A stretch of 64,000 nucleotides of DNA from Antedon mediterranea (lineage: Eukaryota; Animalia; Echinodermata): assembly GCF_964355755.1 (NCBI RefSeq), contig NC_092673.1, positions 31,617,648 to 31,681,647 on the forward strand. The letters are read 5' to 3'. Both the position numbers and the translations under genes were made by a program. Shown in pieces: positions 12,055 to 25,700 of the stretch. How positions within the stretch are numbered: position 1 is the first letter of the stretch; every line of letters begins with the position of its first letter. The notes beneath the pieces are model-generated. The model made no database searches and was not told the DNA's origin. It saw only the letters and a list, made by a program, of their open reading frames with translations.

Positions 12055-12433
12055 GTTTGGCTAATCTGTACCAACAAAAAGTACTTAATTAACAAATAGC
12101 TATTACTTTTGTAATTTATAGGAAAAACGAAAGCAGTGTACTAAATTTATCTCTTGCCACTCCTATTGCATAAGCCAAATGGCAAAATTCATCACAAAAA
12201 CACACTTTATCCGTCACACATCAATGATTTCAACCCGTGTGTTGCATGGGCAGGCTTTCATACACCTTTAAAACAATAGAAATTACATAATTAGGAAAAT
12301 ATATATATAACAGATATATTTTTGTATAAAAATTATTATTAAAACAAATTTGTTTATATTTTGTGATATTCTAAGAAATTTGGTAAATTTAAAAATTTAT
12401 CTGTAATACAAATTAAATGTTGTGTAAAAGGTT

Positions 12434-12445
12434 CAAAATGGCGGC
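12434..12445 (+). promoter_or_regulatory. YY1-type motif in the putative bidirectional VARS1/VARS2 promoter region
   Basis: CAAAATGGCGGC matches the YY1 consensus and lies between two divergently oriented first coding exons. Confidence 0.45.
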
Positions 12446-12751
12446 CCCCACAGAAAGAAAAAGAAGCGAGTCTTCCCGGGGTTTTCAAGGATTTACGCTT
12501 TAAATTAACAGGAATTAGAACACGTATCCTATATTGTTTAATGAAATAATTAAATTAATAATAAAGGCTAGTTGATCATTTAATATTGTGATGTAATTTA
12601 GTCCTAACCTAGGCATATAGTATAGGCCTAGGGCCAGGCCTAGCCTAACTAGCCTAGGCTAGCATGGCCCTACATAGATACCTAGCTAGTGCCTACTTAG
12701 TATAGTAGGCTACTAGGTCACGTCTAGTACTATAGTATAGATTAGACTTCT

Positions 12752-13454
12752 TAGGGCCTGTTCGTAGGGGTTGAAAATACCAGCTTATTCCCGATTTCCG
12801 TTCGCGTGACCCAATTAACTTTTGCCTCAGGCTACAAAAAATTCGAGGCAAAATGTTCACCAAATTTGCAGGTTATTTCAGCGATAATCCAATTATACTC
12901 GGCCTTAGAGGATAATAAATCTCCGATAGAGGCAATGTGTCAAATTTTGACAAATGTTCGCTGCCTATATGCCCGTCATTTCTCCTACAAAGTTCTTCCA
13001 TACACGCTTCGAGAGCGATCGTCAGCTGGTGCTGTCCTTGTTGGTGTAGACCGCTTAGTAGGCCTAGCTGGTCGGTGGTGTTTCGTGTAACATTGGGCTC
13101 AAATTCTTCGTCAAGGAGTAAAATAATGGTCGTCAGGAGAAGGCATATTTCGGCAGGATTATCGGCGTTAAGAGGCATAAGGTTTGTCGCAAGGATAAGC
13201 AGTGTAAAAGGTAGCAAGTAATTGTTATTGTAAAGAAAGATCGCGAGTAAAAAATATACAACACGAAACTAGCGTGCGAAAATGGGGTCGTAGGCTGTAA
13301 AGACAACTGACCTTAAAACGTAATTTCCGGTTTGTGATTCGTCGATTAAGCATTTAAGCGGTTAAATATTTCAAGTACGAACAACGCTCAATTTATAACC
13401 CGAGGCATGGGTGAAATTAAGCGCTTATTTTAACCACCGTATGAACACGACCTT
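12752..13454. mobile_element. PIF/Harbinger-like non-autonomous element (degenerate TIRs, CpG-rich)
   Basis: Left end TAGGGCCTGTTCGTAGGGGTTGAAAATA versus reverse complement of the right end TAAGGTCGTGTTCATACGGTGGTTAAAATA; TTA at both flanks. Confidence 0.45.
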
Positions 13455-13725
13455 AGAGGCTAGCTAGTCCGGCGCTACTGCAGTTTCGCACCACATCGTT
13501 ATATCTTCGATTTCTCATCTAAATTTTCATTTTTCACACTCACAACATAATAATTATGGAAACTAATGTACTTTCGCACTTAAAATTGAGAAGATAAAAT
13601 TAAAAGAAACAATAATAGGCCTATATCATAATATGGCACTAACATTTGGTGTTGCTTGCTTTTTTCATTTGAATTTCAGTCACAAACACTGCATATTCCT
13701 AATTGAAATACTTGATTTCTTACAG

Positions 13726-16700
13726 ATGTTCGTAATGCAGCAGCTATGTATACCGAGGCACATCATTTCTAATATGAAGTTTTCAACGCTTAGATTATCA
13801 AAAAACCATATGAAAAAACAATGCAGTTATAAGACAAGATCATGTGTTTTATCTCATCAACTCTTAAATGGGTCATTCATTAGATGTTGCAATAGTGATG
13901 CCACAAATCCAACTAACAAATCACAAATGAGGGTACAAAAACTAAGAAGAAAACAAGACAGACTAGAAAAAATAATATCCAGTCAAGAAACAGTAAGAGA
14001 AAACAATAACTAAGACATAATGCTGTCTTGTCTTTGGTAACATTTTGAAACTTATGGTGTAAGCTTTTTTTTTTTCTTTTTTTTGTTGCTTGCTCTCTTT
14101 TCATTTTATCAAACTTTCACTCACTTTTGGCTCATTTAAAAAAATTAATTTTATATTTCATTTATTTATAAAATTGCTTTAATCATCTTTCTATGCTTCT
14201 GTATATAAATGTTTAATTATTATTATTAAACAGGAATTCCTAAAAAATAAATTTAGTGATATTAGTTATATTTTTATTATAGAATTCATCAGTATCACCA
14301 AAGTGGAATGAAAAAGAAGTGATAAGATATGAAATACCATATAAGCCAGGTGATAAAAAAGGTAAATTTATAAATGAATCAATTTGCTGTGACCAAAAAA
14401 AGTATATATATAATGATAAAAGTGATGGTAGTCTTATATAGAACGCCTAATACAATTTTTCCGTTTGAGCATTGAGATTGTTCTTAACGAAAAACCTTGC
14501 GTTGTCAACGTTTTCTATGTTGAGCACAAATTTACAATTCGAATACAAAAAGTACTCAACGAATCTTTATGTTAACAATGAAAGTTCCCATTCGAATACG
14601 ACAAATGTTTCTAAGCGCAAAAATGATCCATAAAACATCCTAAGATAACAACAACAAACTAGACATGAAACTCGTCACTTTGACGAGTTAGTTATCCGCT
14701 CGACAAACGCCACGTGCACGTCATACGTTAGAATATTGCACACAGAAAAATATTAAGGCATTATGACCTGAACTGAAGAATATGATATGTTGTTATTTCT
14801 GAATTCTGTTATTTTTTTGTCATATAGTATACACAGTACAATCTGTATACATATCACAAACAGTGTAAAATAGGTGAAATTACGGGACCCGTATTTTATT
14901 GTAATTTTTAACATCTTGACGGTTTCAAAATGAAATGCAAAAGTAGAAATTTCTGAATGAAATTATCTCAGCAACAACATATTAACGTGTAGAAGAAATT
15001 TGAATATGTGAAATATTGATGCGCGCTCTTTTAAATGTAATGAAATATAATGCAAAAGATGAAAATACGACTTTTTTTATTTAACTGGCCATATGATGAC
15101 GTCACAACATTCGATTGGCACAATTTACACATGATTTTGTATCTACAATACAATAGCTTCCTGAAAACGTTTTAATCGTGATTATCACATTTTATTCTTA
15201 CGAGGTATAACAGATTAAAATTTACTGTAAAGATGAAATTAATGACCAACGTAATTTAAATTTTTAGGCATGATGACGTTAAAAAAATTAAAAAAATTTT
15301 TATTCATGCAAAAGATAGTTGATTGACCTAGAATATATTAAAATCGGGGTGAAAATGGACAACGAATAAGTGGAGATGCGCTCTATTAAATGTGATGAGC
15401 TATGACGAAAGAGACAAAAATCATATATTTTATATTCGCGTGGCCATACGACGACGTCACAGTGTCCGGTTAGCCATATTAATGCATGATCCGATATTTA
15501 CAACTCATCAACTTCCAGAATATGTAATTAAAAAAAAGTTCTCCATGTAGTTTAGAATCTATGACTGTTTAAAAATAGACATAATTTTGACGAATTTTTT
15601 AACTTTTTCTCCAAAAACGCGTGCAAATTATCTAATTCGACGTGCTCGTATGACGTAATTTTAAGTCGAAATTGTTTAAAATTTGGTAACATTACTAGAA
15701 AAGGCTGAAAAAACATAAATCACGCGAAAAAAATATGTTTTTAACGCTACATGTGCACCGCGTGCGTGAAAATTTTCGCGCGCGTGGGAATTTTTGACAT
15801 GCTCAAAATGACATGAAACGCATAGAAAGTTGATTAGAAGTTGATTTTTCGCACTCTAAAATTTTAAACGCGCGTGCGCGCGTAACTTTTTGTGAAACAT
15901 GCTATTTTTAATCCATAGAAAGTTTGCGCTTGATATGACTTAAATTTTCACAAAGTGTCAAAACAAAATTATGTTTGGTTTTTAGTCTATGATCAATCAT
16001 TGAAATTCATAAAATCGCGCGTAAGTCACGTTGCGCAACTCTGACGTCATTCAAAAATAGGAGGTGCACAAGTTCACGTAAATGTCGATATGTTGACAAA
16101 GTTACGATATGTTCTGTTTACACGTTTTAACGAAACGCGACGCACAAAAATGACAGAAGGAAAGAAGAACTAGACATGAAACTCGTCACTTTGACGAGTT
16201 AGTTATCCGCACCACGACAAACGCCACGTGCACGTCATACGTTGGAATATTGCACACAGATAAAGATTATGGCATTATGACAAGAACTGAAGAATATGAT
16301 ATGCTGTTAGTGCTGAATTCTGTCAATTTTGTGTCATATAGTATATACATGCAAACACTACAGTAAAATCTGTATACATATTACATACAGTGTAGAATAG
16401 GTGAAATTACGGGACCCGCCATTTATTCCAATTTTTAACATGGCGACGGTATCAAAATGAAACACTTAGATAGCAATTTCAGAAGGAAATTATCTTAGGA
16501 ACAACATATTAACGTGTAGAAGAAATTTGAATACGTAAAATATAGATGCGCACCCTTTTAAATGTGATGAACTATTACGCAAAATATGAAAATACAACTT
16601 TTTTTATTCAACTGGCCATATGGTGACGTCACAACATCCGATTGGCAAAATGTTTACATGAATTCATATCTACAATCCAATAGCTTCCAGAAAACGTTTT

Positions 16701-19700
16701 AATCGTGATTATCACATTTTATTTTTACGAGCTATTACAGAATAAAATTTACTGTAAAGATGAAATTAATGACCCACGTAATTGAAATTTTTAGGCATGA
16801 TGACGTCATAAAAATTAAAATATTTTTAACTCATGCGAAAGATAGTTGATTGACCTAGACAATATCAAAATCGGGGTGAAAATGGAAAACGGATAAGCGT
16901 GATGCGGTCCATTGAATCTGATAAGCAATAACGAAAGAGACAAAAATCCTATTTTTTACATTCGTGTGGCCATACGATGACGTCATAACATCCGAGAGGT
17001 AAAAATTGTGCATGAATTTATATCTACAATTTATCTTCTTGCATAATAAGTTTAAACAAATTGAGGTCACCTTTGATCCTGAAGAGCTATAATAGATTCA
17101 AAATAGGCATTATTTTGACAATATTTTATAACTTTTTCAACTAAAACGCGCGCAAATGGTCTCAATCAACGTGTTCATATGACGTCATTTTAATTTGAAA
17201 TGATGTCAATCTTTTTTAAAATTACTAAGAAAGGCTGTGAAATCATAATTCAAGAGAAAAACACATGTTTTCATGCTCCGTGCGCACCTTACGCGTAAAT
17301 TTTTTCGCGCGCGTGGGAATTTTTGACATGCTCAAAATGTCATGATCAGCGTAGAAAGTTGATTAGAAATTAATTTTGCGCATTTTGAAATTTTAAATGC
17401 GCGTGCGCGCGTAACTTCTTGTAAAACATGCCATTTTTAATCCATAGAAAATTTGCACTTGATATGACTTAAATTTTCACAAAGTGTCAAAACAAAATTA
17501 CGCTTGGTTTTTAATCTATGGTCAATCATAAAAAATCATAAAATCGCGCATAAGTCACGTTGCGCAACTCTGACGTCATTCAAAAATAGGAGGTGCACAA
17601 CTTCACGTATATGCCCATATGTTGACAAAGTTATGAAATGTTATGTTTACAAGTTTTTGAGATACGTGAGACACAAAAATGGGGGAGAAAGAAATAAGAA
17701 AAAAAAAAAAAAGTAACAGGACGATTACAAGGAGTTATCCGCTACTAAGCGGATAACTAATAATACAGAAAAGAAAAAAAAATATGATGAAACAGGACGA
17801 TTACAAGGAGTTATCCGCTACTAAGCGGATAACTAAAAAGAAAGGTAGAAGAACCATTTACACCGCTCTGTTCTCCAGTTCCTCTATTACTCTCCTTTAT
17901 TATTGAGACATAAGAAAATTACATAGCTCATCAGATACAAATATACAAAAAAATAAAGTCTAATTAATATTTATAGTGTTTGGTATTTATTTCAGTTATA
18001 CTGCAAACTTTTGCCTATAGATAACCATCATAAGACAAAACTAAATAACATGGGACATGAAATAATGAATTGTTAAAATTGTTTATAACAAAAATACATT
18101 CTTTTTACAGACACATCTCAACCCCTTCCCCAGAGACACAGTCCATCCTATGTTGAAGCTGTATGGTATGAGTGGTGGCAGGAAATGGGATTTTTTAAAC
18201 CTAATCAAAAGGTATTTTAATGGTTTTAAGTAAAAAAACAGTGAAAGATGTTCAAGAAAACTTGAGAAACTTAAGTGTCATGCCATCACCCAAACATATG
18301 GAAAATATCCCAGGGTTCAAACTAATGTACTGCGGTAAACACCAATTCTCTTGGCCTTCTCATCGCTTTCTATCATAGATTTTTTTTAATACAATTACTA
18401 CAGTTTGAGCAGCTAAACTTAGTTATACAGTCAACTCTCCCAATATCGGACACCTTTGAGATGGCCAAATATGTCTCGTTTTCTGGAAAGTCTGGTATTC
18501 AGAATGTGTTTTGAATGGTAAAAATGAATTTGGGACCTTTTGGACTTCGAGAAAAGTCTTGTTTGGGGAGAGTTTCCAGTTTTCAGAGTTGACTGTATTT
18601 GTAAATAATAGTAACTCAATTCAACTCAATCCAATTCAAACAATTATTAACTCATAATATTGTCTCATAATATAAAAGTCTGAGTACAATAAATTTGCCT
18701 ATTTTATTCTATTACATAGTCTGAACATAAAAGCAAGCCGTTTGTTATGTGTTTACCTCCTCCTAACGTCACTGGCAATCTTCATCTTGGACACGCACTG
18801 ACAGTAGCCATAGAAGATAGTATAGTAAGATGGTAGGTAAAATGACAAACATTAAAATACAAAGTATCAGTGGTATTGGTAGTCTATACCATTTATGAAG
18901 AGGGGTGTTCTACTTTTTAATTTGTATTTCGCTTTTCATGGAGAATAGACTATAGTTGGTTTATCCAGGTTTGCTAGGTACAAAATAGAAGTAATTATTT
19001 GAATTCCTTATATTTTATGATAAACAAGCAAATTAAATTACATTTATAATCTGTTTATATTAGGAATCGAATGTGTGGCAGAGAAACACTATGGTTGCCA
19101 GGTTGTGATCACGCCAGTATCGCAACTCAGGTTGTTGTTGAGAAACAGTTATTGTCAAATACTGGTCAAACTCGACATGACCTAGGTCGCGAGAAATTTA
19201 TAAATGAAGTCTGGAAATGGAAAGAACAGTGAGTTATTATTTTTAATCACAACTTGTGGATGATATCTCAATTTCTTAATTACAAGACTAAAATTCACTA
19301 TAAATACTTTATATTATTCATTAGTTTTATTTCACTGTAAATAATAATAATAAGCATTTTTTTCTTATACAGAAAAGGAGATGAAATATATAAGCAGCTA
19401 AAACGACTTGGAGCTTCTTTAGATTGGACGAGAGAAAGATTTACAATGGATAAGGTGCAAATGCTAAATAATTTGTCAAATAAAAAATAAAATGAATATA
19501 CAAATACAGCACCATTTAAGAGAACATTAGATACAATGTTACAGCCCAATGCCGGTTGTTTTGGTTCAATATGCTTTATAAACATAAACAACTTTTAATG
19601 CTGGTTTAGTATTATAAATGAACTTAGACATTTCCTGTGAATAAAATTAAGCACAGTTTCTTTGAAACTTTTGACTAGTTGTGGTTGAGATAAAATATCA

Positions 19701-22700
19701 CAAAGATGCATTACAAATGAATTGTACATACGATATCTACTTTAGTGCAATAGAATCCCTTGTTGCGGACAACCCTATTCAGAGGACACCCCTAATTTCA
19801 TGTAGAACAATGAGGTGCAATATATGTTTTAACACTGCAGCCACACTCTTTTAAGAGGGACACTTTTTTGGGTCCCGAAGTTGTCTACTGTGTTTGTATC
19901 TATACGCATACATGCAGCATGTTTTCTCATTTTCAGATTTATTCACGAGCTGTTACTGAAGCGTTTGTTCGACTTCATGAAGACGGTACAATTTACCGTA
20001 GCAACAGCCTTGTTAACTGGTCATGTTCTTTGAAGTCTGCAATTTCAGACATTGAAGTGAGTACTAAAACACAGATAGATGAGCTACTGTTTAGAGATTA
20101 TTATGAATAAAAATAAGTAAATTCATCTCCTTCAAAATTTGTTTAATGCAAGTGTTCTTGTTATGTAAAACTCGCCCAACGCTTCGTACGTTGTCAACAC
20201 ATTTTCTCAAAGTAATGTGAACTATGTTATTGCTGATAACGGCCTTGGTGAATTCACCTGATTTTCTGTGACTTGCACCCTCAATTATTATGAATATTGA
20301 TTCTTTCCAAATGCATGATAACACTGCACTTAAGGCTGTAATTCTTGGAACTAATAAAGTGCATAATTTGAAAAAAATAAATGTTGATTTAATTTGACTA
20401 CTGTACGCAATATTTGGAAATCTTTTTAGACACAGCAATTGGCAATATATTGTGATTTTTTAACTACAGGTTGACCAAGTGCCTATAAATGGTAGAAGCC
20501 TATTGTCTGTTCCAGGTTATGAAGATAAAGTATTATTTGGTTGTCTTGAGGAATTTGCCTACCCTTTAGAAACCTCTGGTAAGAAGAATAAGCATGCATA
20601 GACTCAGTGAAACAGTAATAACAGTTTATTTATTTATTAACATTTGGCAAATAGCTCAAAAGAAACCATGGCCAATAGCTCAACACAGAAGTGGGTACCT
20701 CTTGATAGGAATGTAATTGATTCCGTCCATATCAATCAGACTGTTCAAATGTGTATACACAGCACTAAAACCCTGTCTACACTATCAAACTAGTTTGACA
20801 AAAAATGTGTGTGCCCAAATATGGTAGTGATATGCCCAAATATGACATCATCATGTCCATATATGGTCACATCACATTTTTTTCACATGATAAAGTTTGA
20901 TAGTGTAGACAGAGCTTACGATGTACAGATATAAAGGAATAGAGCTTTTATTTAGTTTATTTATAGAACATAAATTAGTTCATCTTTGTAGCAGGGGAGA
21001 TTTTTGTTGTATAGATCTTCAACTTATTATAGTATGTTGAGAAACACGTCACTAAAGGAATAGTGTTTTATTTTCACTGATAACTCTTACTACTTTAAGT
21101 AATAATTTTCGTGGCAGGTGAGATTGTAGTTGCGACAACAAGAATTGAGACAATGCTTGGTGACACAGCCATTGCTGTCAATCCAGATGATCCAAGATAT
21201 GTGCATCTCATAGGGGGTGCTGTAATACATCCATTTACAGGAGAGAGACTTCCGATTATTGGTGATATATCAGTCGATAAAGAGTTTGGGACCGGTAAGA
21301 AAATACTGTTCTATAAAATGTACTTACTGTATACAGTACAACCTAGTAATTGGACACTTCTCTCTGAAATGAACAAGGAAAATATTTTTTTTAACATAAA
21401 GCCCTATGAAGGGAATACTTTGTGGTACCAGATGTCCTTTTAATAAGGATTCTACAGTATGTAAAAAACAGTAACTTATTGATGGAATGATGTTTTTATC
21501 TTATGCTATGTTACACTACTCTACACTAAGCTAAAACCTAGCAGATCGAACAAAGGATTGTTATCGTAAAGACAAATGCAGCCTATTACTTCAAGTTTAG
21601 CCATATAGTCAAATGGCCGAGCGGTTAAGGCAGGGCGCCGTCTACTGTATCTAAAGAGCCAACAACATCGGCAAGGGTTCGAGGTCGATTCGCTCATAGT
21701 TCTGATGGTGGAACAAGTCTTCTCAGATGAGAACTATAAACCGTAGGTCCAGTGTACACAGTTATAACCTGTGTACACTTCAAAGAACCCAGTTCATTAT
21801 TCGAGAAGAGTAGGGGGTTACCCCGCTGAACTGGCTCACAAAATTACCACCTATGTGATAGGACAGTGATTAATTTACTATTGGTAATCCTTGGCCACAT
21901 TGCCTAAAGACATAAAATAAAATAAATAAATAAATACAGTTGATAGATTTCTTTTAACTGTGAATTGTGTATTTCAACTCGCAGTATGATCTATGAAAGC
22001 TTAGCAGCTCAACATACCTCAACAAGTGCAAACTGAGCTGATTACAATCATAGAACTCATTTGTTTACAGGTGCTGTTAAGATTACACCTGGCCATGATT
22101 ACAATGATTATGAAATTGGGCAGAAACATGACCTTCCAACAATAACAGTCATCAATGAAGATGGCAACATGGCTGACACTGCTGCTCAATTTCAGGTACA
22201 TAAAAATATTTTGCTAACCTTATAAAGGCCAATTTACACCGATGAGCGGTAACGGTATGTGGAAAATCTATCTATCCTGAGTGGAAACTGCCTGTCTGCT
22301 CCGAGTTCTGTGTAAATGGTCATAAGGAATAACATAGATTTTATATTTTTATTACCGTTACCGCTTGTCTGCGGAAATTGGCCGTAACACATAGTTTCTA
22401 GGCACAATTTCTGTACAGTACTCTAACTAACTTTACCGTCCATTATAGTATAAATTTAAACAGTCGTTTATTACTTTTTGTTGGGTTTAGGGAATGAAAA
22501 GATTTCATGCTAGGGTAGCAGTTTTGGAAGCCCTCAAGGAGAGAAACTTGTACAGAGGCAGTAAAGATAACCCAATGGTGGTCCCAGTATGCAGGTAAGC
22601 CTAGAGAATACTATTACTGCTATGATGTTATAACATACAAATAATTAATGTTTATGTGTTCAATAAGAATAATAAAACTAGACATGAAACTCGTCACTTT

Positions 22701-25700
22701 GACGAGTTAGTTATCCGCACGACAGATGCCACGTGCACGTCATACGTTAAAAACTATAATAAGAGGTGGTCCTGTATTTTCGCCTTGTATTATAATTATA
22801 CAGTACACTGTGTATAAAAGGAGACATTAATTCTACATGATACAGAGGGTGGCAAACAACAATTTGCTCACATCAGAGACTATGCTGGTGTACATTGTAC
22901 TACTGTATATTATATGACATATTAACTGAATTATGGGACCTGCCTTTAATTCAAATATTTAACATGATGACGTCATAAAAAAAACAACACAACGATAGCA
23001 ATTTCTGAAGAAAATTATCTTAGCAACAACATATTAACGTGTAGAAGAAATTTGAATACGTAAAATGTTGGTGCGCGCACATTTAAATGTGATGAACTAT
23101 TACGCAAAATATGAAAATACGACTTTTTTTATTCAACTGGCAATATGATGACGTCACAACATCCGATTGGCAAAATGTTTACATGAATTCGTATCTACAA
23201 TCCTATAGCTTCCAGAAAACGTTTTAATCGTGATTATCACATTTTATTCTTACGAGCTATTACAGATTAAAATTTACTGTAAAGTTGAAATTAATGACCC
23301 ACGTAATTAAAATTTTTAGGCATGATGACGTTATAAAAATTTAAATATTTTTATCTCATGCTAAAGAAAGTTGATTGACCTAGACAATATATAAATATAG
23401 GAGAAAAAGGAATACAGATAAGCGTGATGCGCTCCATTGAATGTGATGAGCAATAACGAAACAGACAAAAATCCTATATTTTACATTCGTGTGGCCATAC
23501 GATTACGTCACAATGTTTTTTTAGCCTTATCGATGCATGATCCGATATCTGCAACTCATCAACTTCTAGATTTTGTAATAAAAATAAACGGTTCACGGTT
23601 TACTTTAGAAACTATGACTGTTTAAAAAAAGACATTATTTTGATGATTTTTTAAGCTTTTTCATAAAAAACGCGCACAAATTGTCTAATTCAACGTGTTC
23701 GTATGGCGTTATTTAAACTGGAAAAGTTCTAAATTGTTTTCAAAATTACTAGGAAAGGCTTGAAAAATATAATTCAAGAGAAAAAAATATGTTTTTATCG
23801 CTACGTGCGCACCGCGTGCTTAAAAAATTGCGCGCCCGTGGGAATTTTTGACATGCTCAAAGTGACATGAAACGTGTAAAAAGTTGATTAGAAATTAATT
23901 TTGCGCATTTTGAAATTTTAAATGCGCGTGCGCGCGTAACTTCTTGTGAAACATGCCATTTTTAATCCGTAGAAAGTTTGCCCCTGATATGACTTAAATT
24001 TTGTCAAAGTGTCAATACTAAATGACTTTTGGTTTTTAATCTATGATCAATCATTGAAATTCATAAAATCGCGCGTAAGTCACGTTGCGCAACTATGACG
24101 TCATTCAAAAATAGGAGGTGCACAACTTCACGTAAATGCCCATATGTTGTCAAAGTTATGAAATGTTATGTTTACACATTTTAGAGAAACGCGACTCACA
24201 AAAAGGAAGGAAGGAAAGAAGAACTAGACATGTAACTCGTCACTTTGACGAGTTAGTTATCCGCACGACAAACGCCACGTGCACGTCATACGTTGGAATA
24301 TTCCACACAGAAAAAGATTATGGCATTATGACCTGAACTGATGAATATGATATGTTGTTAGTGCTGAATTCTGTCAATTTTGTGTCATATAGTATATAGT
24401 ACTTGAAACAGTATAATCTGTATACATATTACATACAGTGTAAAATAGGTGAAATTACGGGACCCCCGTTTATTCCTATTTTTAACATGGCGACGGTATC
24501 AAAATGAAACACTAAGATAGCAATTTCGGAAGGATATTATCTCAGTAATAACATATTAACATGTAGAAGAAATTAGAATACGTAAAATATAGATGCGCGC
24601 TCTTTTAAATGTGATGAACTATGACGCAAAAGATGAAAATACGACTTTTTTTATTCAACTGGCCATATGATGACGTCACAACGTCGGATTGGAAAAATGT
24701 TGACATGAATTCGTATTTACAATACAATAGCTTCCAGAAAACGTTTTAATCATGATTACCGCTTTTTATTCTGACGAGCTATAACAGATTGAAAGTTACT
24801 GTATAGATGAAAATAAGTGACCCACGTTATTTACATTTTTAGACATGATGACGTCAAAAAAATTAAAATATTTTTAACCCATGCGAAAGGTAGTTGATTG
24901 ACCTAGAAAATATCAAAATCTGGGTTAAAATGAAAAAAGGGTAAGTGGAGATGCGCTCTATTAAATGTGATGCTCTATGACGAAAGATACAAAAATCCTA
25001 TATTTTATATTCGCATGGCCATACGATGACGTCAAAATGTCCTGTTAGCAATATTGATGCATGATACGATATCTACAACTCATCATCTTCCAGAATACGT
25101 AATAAAAATAACTTTTACCGTTTAGTTTAGAAACTAAGACTGTTTTAAAAAAGGTATAATTTTGACAAATTTTAAGGAATTTTTGAACTTTTTCATCAAA
25201 AACGTACGTAAATTATCCAATTCGACGTGCTCGTATGACGTTAATTTTAAGTCAAAATTGTTTAAAAGTTGGTAAAAGTACTTGAAAAGGCTGGAAAAAC
25301 ATAAATCACGAGAAAAAAATTGTTTTCAACGCTACGTGCGCACAGCGCGCGTAAAAATATGCATTCGTGTGGGAATTTTTGACATGCTCAAAATGACATA
25401 AAACGCGTAGAAAGTTGATTAGAAATTGATTTTTCGCATTTTGAAATTTTAAACGCGCGTGCGCGCGTAACTTCGTGTGAAACATGCCATTTTTTTTCCA
25501 CAGTCAGTTAGCGCAAGATATAACTTAAAGTTTTTCTAAGTTTCAAATTAAAATGTTATATGGTTTTCGATCTATGTTAAATACGCGAAATTCATAAAAA
25601 CGCGCGTAAGTCACGTTGCGCAACTCTGACGTCATTCACAATAGCAGGTGCACAACTTCACGTGAATGCCCAAATGTTGACAAAGTTATAAAATGTTATG

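Noticed and set aside
12600-12750. CCTAG/TAGGC-rich palindromic patch
   Set aside because: Low-complexity sequence; the same TAGGCCTA word is scattered across the window and no specific function can be supported.
12806-13221. Three overlapping ORFs of 94-114 aa
   Set aside because: No recognisable motifs; they lie in a GC-richer MITE-like insert where chance ORFs are expected.
13913-14104. Lys-rich minus-strand ORF as a further VARS1 exon
   Set aside because: It derives from an intronic poly-T tract, lies upstream of the VARS1 ATG exon and lacks ValRS motifs.
21606-21700. Functional tRNA gene
   Set aside because: No clean cloverleaf; it continues into a Deu-domain body and an (AAAT)n tail, so it is a SINE.
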